Source: an uncultured Gemmatimonadaceae bacterium
Lineage (GTDB): Bacteria > Gemmatimonadota > Gemmatimonadetes > Gemmatimonadales > Gemmatimonadaceae
DNA length: 64,000 nucleotides
Assembly (NCBI GenBank): GCA_963751275.1
Contig: CAVVTZ010000008.1
Coordinates: 32,001-96,000 of the forward strand
Direction of reading: 5' to 3'
The stretch's first letter is position 1; each line of letters begins with the position of its first letter. Made by a program: the position numbers and the translations under genes. Below the pieces are notes generated by a model. That model made no database searches. It saw only the letters and a list, made by a program, of their open reading frames with translations, and was not told where the DNA came from. Positions 38,788 to 48,433 of this stretch are shown in pieces.

Positions 38788-41738
38788 ACCGTCCCCGGCT
38801 CCTCGTGCTGCTGATGGTGGCGGCTGCGGGAGCCTTGCAGGCCCAGCAGCCGCCGCCGCTACCGCTGCCCGGCGCGCCCGGGATCGCGATCAATCCGTTC
38901 GATTCGGCGACGCGCGCCCGGCGCGACAATTACGTGCGCGACACCACGGCCGATTCGCTGCACCAGCCGAAGGTGCTGGTGCAGTGGGCCGAGCCCGACT
39001 CGGTGATGCAGGCCCTGATGGATCGAAAGGGCTACACCGTCACCCGCTATCAGGGGAACGAGGTGGTGCTCCAGGCGGCGCGGCGCGACCTGCAGCTCGA
39101 CGGGCGCGGCGCGATCGAGCGCGGGGAGACCGTGCTCGTCGCCGACACGATCTTCTATTCGGATTCGATGAAGCTGATGCGCGCCACGGCGCCGCCCCTC
39201 GACACAATCGTCTTGCGCGATCCGTCGCAAGGCACAGCGGACATGCTGGCGCACGGCTTCCTCGACTACGATCTCGCGACGCACCGCGGCCTCGCCGGGT
39301 CGCTGTACACGTCCACGCGCCAAGCCGGCAACGTGTGGTATGTGTATGGGCACCAGGCCGCCGTGGTGGGCGACACGACGGGGCAGGGGCACAATACCTC
39401 GTTCGCGATCGATGGATCGATCACGAGCTGCGATCTCACCGAGCCGCATTACCACTTCCAGGCGTCCGAGATCAAGGTCGTCTCGAAGACGATCATGGTC
39501 GCGCGCCCGGCCGTGCTGTACGTGTCGGACGTGCCGGTGCTCTGGCTGCCGTTCATCTTCCAGGACATGCGGCAGGGACGGCGCAGCGGCATCCTTACGC
39601 CGCGCTTCGGCATCGCCGACATCATTCGCACCACGCCGACGTACCGGCGGCAGATCGAGAACGTCGGCTACTATTTCGCGATCAACGACTACATGGACGC
39701 GCTCGTCGCGCTCGACTGGCGCAGCGGCGCCGACGCGCCGCTGAACGATCCGGGGTGGACGAAGATCGACGCGCAGTACCGCTTTCGCATCCTCGACCGC
39801 TTCATCACGAGCAACATCCGCACGACCTACACCTGGTACACGAACCAGTCGACCCGGCTCGATGCCTCGTTCCAGCTCGCGCAGCAGTTCAATCAGAACA
39901 GCACCGTCAACGCGAACCTGAACTACTCGAGCTCCACCACCCTCTACCGCTACGACGCGCTGACGGTGGCGCAGGCGCTCGCCGCGATCACGTCGCAGCT
40001 CGCGTACCAGGACCGCTTCGGCCCGTTCGCTCTCAGCATCGGCGGCAGCCGCCGCCAGTACGCGGGGCAGGACGAGGTGGACACCGACTTCCCGAACTTC
40101 AGCATCTCGTCGCAGCCGATCACGATCCGGCCGGGGGTCATCTGGTCGCCGCAGATGACGGTGGCGAACACGATGAACCAGCACCTGCGCGGCAGCCTCT
40201 ACAATTACAACCTGAGCGTCGCCGACAGCGTCGACAGTCTGCTCTCGAACGCCAACCAGCGCTACACGTCGTTCGACCTCAATACGCCCTTCCGCTTCGG
40301 CAATTTCGCGCTGCCGCTCGACTTCAAGGTCACCGACGCCGAGAAGGACCTCGAGCAGAACTACCTGATCTACGATTTCAACACCGGCAAGGTGATCGGC
40401 CAGCGGACGTACGCGCGCACCTTCCGCACCGACGCGAACTTCGAGACGGGATTCGCGCTTCCCGCCTTCTTCGGCAGCAGCTGGAACATCACTCCCTCCA
40501 TCGCGTTCGTGAACGCCGATCCCTCGGCCGGCTACTGGGTGCGCACCGAGCAGACCGGCGGCGCGTGGGTGGCGCAGTCGAAGACGGTGCAAGGGGGCCT
40601 TGGCGTCCAGCCGACCTTCTACGGCTTCTACCCCGGGTTCGGCCCCTTCGCGCGCATCCGGCACTCCATCCAGCCGCGGTTCGCGTTCACGTTCTCGCCG
40701 GCCACGAACGTGAGCGACGCGTTCCTCAAGGCGCTCAACCAGACGCGATTCGGCTACCTGGGCGGCTTGACGCGGGAGGCGATCACGTTGCAGCTGCTCA
40801 ACACCATCGAGGCGAAGCTCAAGCCGCGCGGCGGCGATACGACCGCGAAGACGAACGGCAGCGACAAGATCAAGCTGCTCAATTTCAATCTCTCGGCGCT
40901 GACGTACGACTTCGTGATCGCGCACAAGATCGGACGCGGCATCACCACGCCGACGCTCGACTGGAGCGCGCAGAGCGACCTCCTTCCGGGCTTCCAGGTG
41001 TCCGCCTCGTATTCGCTCTTCGCCGGCGACCCGATCAGCGACACCGCGACGTTCTCGCCCTACCAGACCAACTTCTCCGTCTCGTTCAGTATCGGCCGGA
41101 ACAACAATCCGTTCGCGGCATTCAGCCGCATCTTCGGCAACGCGACGCCGGCGGATTCCGGGATCGCCGCCACCGTGGGCTCGCTCGCCCCGAACGGGAG
41201 CGCCTTCGTGCAGCCGCCGATCGCCGGCCCCGTCGCCGACCGCATCCCGTTGGGCGGGAGCACCAGGACCGGCTGGAGCCTTTCCATCATCCTCACCGAG
41301 ACGAAGAGCCGGCCGGTGAGCGGCGCGAACGTGCGGAACTTCGATCCCAAGGTGTACTGCCAGCAGTTCATCAACGATCCGATCAGCTACAACACCTGTC
41401 TCAACACCGCCGTCGGACCCAGCGACACGCTCGTGACGACGACGGCCGGCGCACCGGTGATCATCACGCCGCCGCAGACCACCCTGCGCGCCGTCTCGCA
41501 GTTCGACCTGACGCCGCACTGGACGGTGAACTGGGCCACCGGCTATGACTTCGTGCAGCACCGGTTCTCGGACAACGTGATCAGCCTGAGCCGCCAGCTC
41601 CACGACTGGCACGCGGTCTTCGCGTTCACGCAGGCGCCGAACGGCAACTTCGCGTTCAACTTCTTCATTGCGCTGAACGCCGAGCCCGACCTGCGCTTCG
41701 ACTACAACCGCCGCAACTACCGGCCGATCACGCCGTAG
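38784..41738 (+). CDS. lptD: LPS-assembly protein LptD-like outer-membrane protein
   Basis: Signal peptide; jellyroll region with TSCD...PHYHF.A..IKV, LYV.DVPVLWLPF, RRSG.L.P.FG; long beta-rich barrel ending in LHDW. Confidence 0.8.
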   Translation: MNRPRLLVLLMVAAAGALQAQQPPPLPLPGAPGIAINPFDSATRARRDNYVRDTTADSLHQPKVLVQWAEPDSVMQALMDRKGYTVTRYQGNEVVLQAARRDLQLDGRGAIERGETVLVADTIFYSDSMKLMRATAPPLDTIVLRDPSQGTADMLAHGFLDYDLATHRGLAGSLYTSTRQAGNVWYVYGHQAAVVGDTTGQGHNTSFAIDGSITSCDLTEPHYHFQASEIKVVSKTIMVARPAVLYVSDVPVLWLPFIFQDMRQGRRSGILTPRFGIADIIRTTPTYRRQIENVGYYFAINDYMDALVALDWRSGADAPLNDPGWTKIDAQYRFRILDRFITSNIRTTYTWYTNQSTRLDASFQLAQQFNQNSTVNANLNYSSSTTLYRYDALTVAQALAAITSQLAYQDRFGPFALSIGGSRRQYAGQDEVDTDFPNFSISSQPITIRPGVIWSPQMTVANTMNQHLRGSLYNYNLSVADSVDSLLSNANQRYTSFDLNTPFRFGNFALPLDFKVTDAEKDLEQNYLIYDFNTGKVIGQRTYARTFRTDANFETGFALPAFFGSSWNITPSIAFVNADPSAGYWVRTEQTGGAWVAQSKTVQGGLGVQPTFYGFYPGFGPFARIRHSIQPRFAFTFSPATNVSDAFLKALNQTRFGYLGGLTREAITLQLLNTIEAKLKPRGGDTTAKTNGSDKIKLLNFNLSALTYDFVIAHKIGRGITTPTLDWSAQSDLLPGFQVSASYSLFAGDPISDTATFSPYQTNFSVSFSIGRNNNPFAAFSRIFGNATPADSGIAATVGSLAPNGSAFVQPPIAGPVADRIPLGGSTRTGWSLSIILTETKSRPVSGANVRNFDPKVYCQQFINDPISYNTCLNTAVGPSDTLVTTTAGAPVIITPPQTTLRAVSQFDLTPHWTVNWATGYDFVQHRFSDNVISLSRQLHDWHAVFAFTQAPNGNFAFNFFIALNAEPDLRFDYNRRNYRPITP

Positions 41739-41837
41739 CCGGAGGGCGTGTCAGGAAGGTGTCGCGCCCTGTCCCCCGGCGGGGACGCATCCGACGGCGA
41801 TCTGCCCCTTAAGTCGTTCCGGGAGCATTCCTCCGGC

Positions 41838-41853
41838 TGGTGCGTACTATGCA
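41838..41853 (+). promoter_or_regulatory. Candidate sigma-54 (-24/-12) promoter
   Basis: TGGTGCG-TACT-ATGCA gives GG-N10-GC, one mismatch to TGGYRYR-N4-TTGCW. Confidence 0.45.
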
Positions 41854-41873
41854 TTAGATGCGCACGGGAGCCG

Positions 41874-41903
41874 TTGCCACACGTCAACGACCAAACGCGC
41901 CCC
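41874..41903. repeat. Single arm of the intergenic repeat family
   Basis: TTGCCACACGTCAACGACCAAACGCGCCCC resembles the right core of copies A/B (GCCACAGGTCAACGACCACACGCGCCC). Confidence 0.65.
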
Positions 41904-41916
41904 ACGGGAGTTCACT

Positions 41917-42722
41917 ATGCGCCGCGCTCTTCTGTTCGCCGCCTCGTTCGTGCTCGCCGCCTGCTACCACAGCAGCAGCTACCCCACCGCGCCGCCGCCG
42001 CTCCCGCCGCCGGCGAATCTCTCGTACGAACTGGTCCCCAGTGGCGAGCCGGGCAATCCGGTGGGTGTCCTGTTGCGATGGGATCCGCCGGCCGTCTCGG
42101 GCACGGCGCAGTACAACGTCTACTCGAGCAGCACGGACGTGGGAGGCCTCGTGCTCCGCGCGACCACGACGTCGGCCTCGTTCTACGACCTCGGCGTGCC
42201 GGATGTGACGTACGCCGTGACCGCGGTGGACGCCTACGGTACCGAGAGCGCGATCTCGAACACCGTGACCGTGGTGCTGACGTCGGTGCTGCCCGCGCCC
42301 ACCGGGCTCAATTCGATCGCGCTGAACGGCGGCGCGCAGTTGTACTGGGACGCGAACGCGCGTCTCGCGGCGCCGTCGCAGTTCTCGTACTACCGGGTCT
42401 ACAGCACGAGCTACGATCCCGCGCACAACCTGTGCGGCACGCAGTGGTTCCTCGAAGGCACCACGGTCTCGGAGGACTTCGTCTCCACCGGACTCCCGAA
42501 CGGGACGCCGTTCTGCTTCGACGTGAGCGCGATCACGGTGACCGGCCAGGAGAGCCAGTGGGCGATCCCCACCGCGGCGACGCCGAGCCCGGATGTGGCG
42601 ACCGCGAACATCGTGCGGCCGAAGCCGTTGGCGGCCAGCTTCACGTCTTCGATCAGAAGGGGAAACGGACGGGAATCGTCACGACGACGGCGGCCGGAAT
42701 GACGATCGACTGGACGCGCTGA
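41917..42722 (+). CDS. Lipoprotein with two fibronectin type III-like domains (probable frameshift near 42640)
   Basis: Lipobox LAA-C; LRWDPP...YNVY...Y.VTAVD..G.ES..SN; PAPTGL...LYWD...YYRVY...F.VSA....G.ES. Confidence 0.75.
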
Positions 42723-42729
42723 CGAAGCA

Positions 42730-42885
42730 CGAACGGCGCGTGTGACGCCGCTGACGGCGAGTGTGACGCCGCTGACGGCGCCTGTGATCGTTGACGTGTA
42801 GCAAGAGCAGTCGCCACAGGTCAATGACCAGACGCGCCCTCAGCGGCGTCATCCTCGCCGTCAGCGGTGTCATACTCGCCGTTCG
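42730..42885. repeat. Palindromic intergenic element copy B
   Basis: CGAACGGCG...CGCCGTTCG termini; 21-bp units GACGGCGAGTGTGACGCCGCT mirrored; highly similar to 26381-26533. Confidence 0.85.
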
Positions 42886-42896
42886 CGGTGATAGTG

Positions 42897-42917
42897 CAAA
42901 GGTTATAGCTTTGTGGT
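42897..42917 (+). promoter_or_regulatory. Candidate -10 box/operator of hutH (possibly leaderless)
   Basis: CAAAG-N7-CTTTG dyad; TAGCTT 6 nt upstream of the ATG; no SD sequence. Confidence 0.35.
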
Positions 42918-44443
42918 ATGTCGAACCCGATCCAGCTCGACGGCGACTCGCTGACGCTCGAGTCCGTCTTCCAAGTCGCCTCGGGCGCCGCCACCGTGTC
43001 CCTCGCTCCCGCGGCCCGCGCGCGGCTCGTCGAACGCCGCACGTTCGTGGACGCCATCGTGAAGCGCCACGACGCGGTGTACGGGATCACCACCGGATTC
43101 GGCAAGCTGACCGACGTCGCGATCCCGCCCGACCGGCTCGCCGATCTCCAGATCAATCTCGTGCGCAGCCACGCGGTGGGCGTCGGCCCGGCGCTCCCCG
43201 AGCGCGAGGTGCGCGCGATGATGCTGCTGCGCGCCAACGTGATCGCGAAGGGATTCTCGGGCGCGCGCGCCGAGCTGGTCGAGCTGCTCTGCGGGATGCT
43301 CAACGCGGGGCTCTGGCCGCTGGTGCCGGAGCAGGGGAGTGTCGGCGCGAGCGGCGATCTCGCGCCGCTCGCGCATCTCGCGCTCTCGCTCATCGGCGAG
43401 GGCGCGCTCCGCCGCGGCGCGAAGAGCGGACCGGCGGCGGCGATGCTCGCCGAGGCGGGGCTCACGCCGATGGTCGCTCCGGCCCGAAGGAAGGGCGTCG
43501 CGCTGATCAACGGCACGCAGGCGCACACGGCCATCGCCGCGCTCGCGCTCGGCGAATCGCTGCGCCTCTGGCGCGTGGCGCACGTGGCCGGCGCCATGAC
43601 GCTCGAAGGGCTGCTCGGCACGCCGGTCGCGTTCGACGAGCGGATCCAGCAGGCCCGTGGCCAGGCCGGGCAGTCGGCGTCGGCCGCGCTGTTGCGCGCG
43701 CTGCTCGCCAACAGCGCGATCCGCGAGTCGCACCGCGAGAATGATCCGCGCGTGCAGGACGCGTACGCCCTGCGCTGCATGCCGCAGGTGCACGGGCCCG
43801 TGCGCGACGCCCTCGCCTTCGCCGAGCAGGTGGTCGGCCGCGAGATCAACGCCGCCACCGACAATCCGCTCTTGTTCGACGACGGCACGATGCTGAGCGG
43901 CGGGAACTTCCACGGCCAGGCCGTGGCGATGGCGCTCGACTTCATGGCGATCGCGATGACCAACCTCGCGACGATCGCCGAACGGCGGATCGAGCGGCTC
44001 GTGAACCCGGACCTGAACGAAGGGCTCCCGCCCTTCCTCTCGCCCGAGGCGGGCGTGAATTCGGGCTTCATGATGGTGCAGGTGACCGCCGCGTCGATCG
44101 CGAGCGAGTGCAAGGTGCTCTCGCATCCCGCGAGCGTGGACACGATCCCCACCGACGGCAACAAGGAGGACGTGGTGCCGATGGCGATGGGCGCCGCGTG
44201 GAAGCTGCGGCGCGTGGTGGAGAACGTCGCGAACGTGCTGGCGATCGAGCTCATGTGCGCGGCGCAGGCGGTGGACTACCGCGCGCCGCTCAAGCCGGCG
44301 AAGCTCGTGGGCGACGCGCACGCGATCATCCGGCGCGCCGTGCCGACGCTCGGCCAGGACCGCGTGTTCGCCGGCGACATCGCGGCGATCCGCGCGCAGA
44401 TCGGGGCCGGCGAGTTCGACCGCGTCACCGCCGGGATCGCATC

Positions 44444-44447
<4 letters not shown>
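42918..44447 (+). CDS. hutH: Histidine ammonia-lyase
   Basis: [16 protein letters not shown] (HAL-type SH), MIO motif [30 protein letters not shown]. Confidence 0.95.
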
Positions 44448-46113
<1,666 letters not shown>

Positions 46114-46124
46114 GAGGCTGACCG

Positions 46125-47096
46125 GTGCTCTCGGCGCGGTTCAGCCCGTGGCATGTCCCGCTCTTCGCCGCCAAGTACGCCTGGCATCACGTGCGCGGCA
46201 CTCCGATGCTCGTGCACTTCGAGGTCACGATGCGCTGCAACGCGCGCTGCGATTTCTGCGACTACTGGAAGACCGATCCGTCCGCGCGCGAATCGGAGCT
46301 GAAGAGCTTCGCCGACGCCGCCCGCTTCTTCAATCCGCTGATGATCACTTTTACGGGCGGCGAACCGTTGCTGCGGCGCGACCTAGAGGACCTCGTCGCC
46401 ACAGTCGCCGCTGCCGTTCGGTTGAAGTACCTCACGCTGATCACCCACGGCGGCTCGCTCTCGCTCGACCGCGCGCGCTCGCTCTGGGATGCCGGGGTCA
46501 ACCAGTTCAACATCTCGCTCGACTTCCTCGACGCGCGTCATGATGCGGCCCGGGGCATCCCCGGCCTCGCGGCGCGGATCCTCGACGTCGTGCCGCGCAT
46601 GCGCGGCGCCGGCATCGACGGCATCCGTTTCAACACCGTGATCAAGGACTCGAACCTCGATCAGCTGCTCCCGATCGTGCATCGCGCGGCCGCGCTCGGC
46701 GCCGGCGTGTCGTTCAGTGCGTACACCGGCTTCAAGAACGGGAACGAGTCGCACCGCCCGCGCGCGGCGCAGGCGGCCGAGGTGGATGACGTGATCGCGC
46801 AGCTGCTGGCGTACAAGCGGCGGCGCCGCGGCGTGATCGTGAACTCGGACCACTACCTCCGCGAGGTGGCGCGGTGGTTCAAGGGCGATGCGCAGGAGCC
46901 GTGCCGGTCGGGCATGCGCACGATCCACATCGATCCCACGGGCCACGTGCGCCGCTGCCCCGATTACCCGCCCGATTTCCACTGGACGGCGTTCCACCGC
47001 TACGAGCCGATCGATTGCAATGCGTGCTACTACGCGTGCCGCGGCGAGGCGCAGGCGCCGCTGACCCTGTCGCGCGTGCGCGACGTGATGGCCTGA
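46125..47096 (+). CDS. Radical SAM protein with Cys-rich C-terminal (SPASM/twitch-like) extension, function unknown
   Basis: CNARCDFC (CX3CX2C), FTGGEPLLR, ISLD; C-terminal C..G...I.IDP.G....CP and CNACYYACRGE. Confidence 0.88.
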   Translation: MLSARFSPWHVPLFAAKYAWHHVRGTPMLVHFEVTMRCNARCDFCDYWKTDPSARESELKSFADAARFFNPLMITFTGGEPLLRRDLEDLVATVAAAVRLKYLTLITHGGSLSLDRARSLWDAGVNQFNISLDFLDARHDAARGIPGLAARILDVVPRMRGAGIDGIRFNTVIKDSNLDQLLPIVHRAAALGAGVSFSAYTGFKNGNESHRPRAAQAAEVDDVIAQLLAYKRRRRGVIVNSDHYLREVARWFKGDAQEPCRSGMRTIHIDPTGHVRRCPDYPPDFHWTAFHRYEPIDCNACYYACRGEAQAPLTLSRVRDVMA

Positions 47097-47098
47097 CG

Positions 47099-48370
47099 AT
47101 GAGCACCACGCTCTTCGTCAAGGCCTCGCAGGTGGTGACCTGCAACGGCCCGCCGCGCGCCCGCCGCGGCGCCGAGATGCGCGACGCGACGGTGCTCACC
47201 AATGCGGCCGTGGCGATCGAGCACGACACGATCGTGGCGGTGGGCGAGCTGGAGATGCTCGAGCGGGCATATCCCGACGCGGCCCGCATCGATTGCGCCG
47301 GCGGCGTGCTCACGCCGGGTCTCGTCGACTCGCATACGCACGCGATCTTCGGCCGCCCGCGCGCCGACGAGCAGGAGATGCGCGCCGCCGGATTGGGCTA
47401 CATGGAGATCGCGGCGGGCGGCGGCGGGATCCACGCCTCGGTGCGCGACCTGCGCCAGCGCAGCGAGGATGAGCTCGTGTCCCTCGCGCGCACGCGCTTG
47501 ATGCGGCTCGCATCGTACGGCACGACCACGGTCGAAGTGAAATCCGGATACGGCCTGACGGTGGACGATGAACTCAAGATGCTGCGCGCCATCGCGCGGC
47601 TCGCCGCGGAGCTGCCCATGCGCCTCGTCCCCACCTGGCTCGGCGCGCACGAGGTGCCGCTGGAGGCGCGCGGCAGCGACGCGTCGCGCGCCGCATACAT
47701 CCGGCTGCTCACCGAAGAGATGCTGCCGAAGGTGACCACCGCCAAGCTCGCGCAATTCGCGGATGTCTTCTGCGAGCCGGGCGTCTTCACCCTCGCCGAG
47801 TCGCGCACGATCCTCGCGGCGAGCCGGGCGCACGGACTCGAACTCAAGATCCATGCCGATGAGCTCAAGCCGTACGGCGGCGCCGAGCTGGCCGTCGAAC
47901 TCGGCGCGGTCTCGGCGGACCATCTCGCCGCGATCTCGCCGGCGGGGATCGCCGCGCTCGAGTACGCCGGCACCGTGGCCACGCTGCTGCCGGGCACGAT
48001 GTTCTTCCTGGGGAAGGGGACGCGCCCGCCGGCCCGGGCGCTCATCGACGGCGGGGCGGCCGTCGCCCTCGCCACCGATTTTAATCCGGGCACATCCCCC
48101 ACCGTCAATTTCCCGTTGATCCTCACGATCGGCGTCAGCGAGCTCAAGATGAGCGTCGCCGAAGCCCTCATCGCGGCCACCGTGAACGGGGCCGCGGCGC
48201 TCGCGCTGGCCGACCATGTCGGGCAGATCGCGCCCGGGTTCTCGGCCGACCTGGCGCTCTTCGAGATCGAGGATATCCGCGAGTTGCCGTACTGGTACGG
48301 TGACCGTCGTTGTAGGGGGACATGGAGCCGCGGCAAGCCTTGTCACCCCTATGGCTTAAGCCTAAGTTAA
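47099..48370 (+). CDS. hutI: Imidazolonepropionase
   Basis: PGLVDSHTH, GGGI..SV, EVKSGYGL, DVFCE, HADE, ATDFNPG. Confidence 0.95.
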   Translation: MSTTLFVKASQVVTCNGPPRARRGAEMRDATVLTNAAVAIEHDTIVAVGELEMLERAYPDAARIDCAGGVLTPGLVDSHTHAIFGRPRADEQEMRAAGLGYMEIAAGGGGIHASVRDLRQRSEDELVSLARTRLMRLASYGTTTVEVKSGYGLTVDDELKMLRAIARLAAELPMRLVPTWLGAHEVPLEARGSDASRAAYIRLLTEEMLPKVTTAKLAQFADVFCEPGVFTLAESRTILAASRAHGLELKIHADELKPYGGAELAVELGAVSADHLAAISPAGIAALEYAGTVATLLPGTMFFLGKGTRPPARALIDGGAAVALATDFNPGTSPTVNFPLILTIGVSELKMSVAEALIAATVNGAAALALADHVGQIAPGFSADLALFEIEDIRELPYWYGDRRCRGTWSRGKPCHPYGLSLS

Positions 48371-48433
48371 GTTTTCCTTCGCGTCCCTCGCGCGCAGGTG
48401 CCTCGTCTCGCCTATGGAGCATACCAGGCGCTG

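Noticed and set aside
43469..43500. Aberrant HutH segment VAPARRKG replacing the usual L.PKEG
   Set aside because: Removing about three single bases restores VLGPKEG, so these are compensating sequencing insertions.
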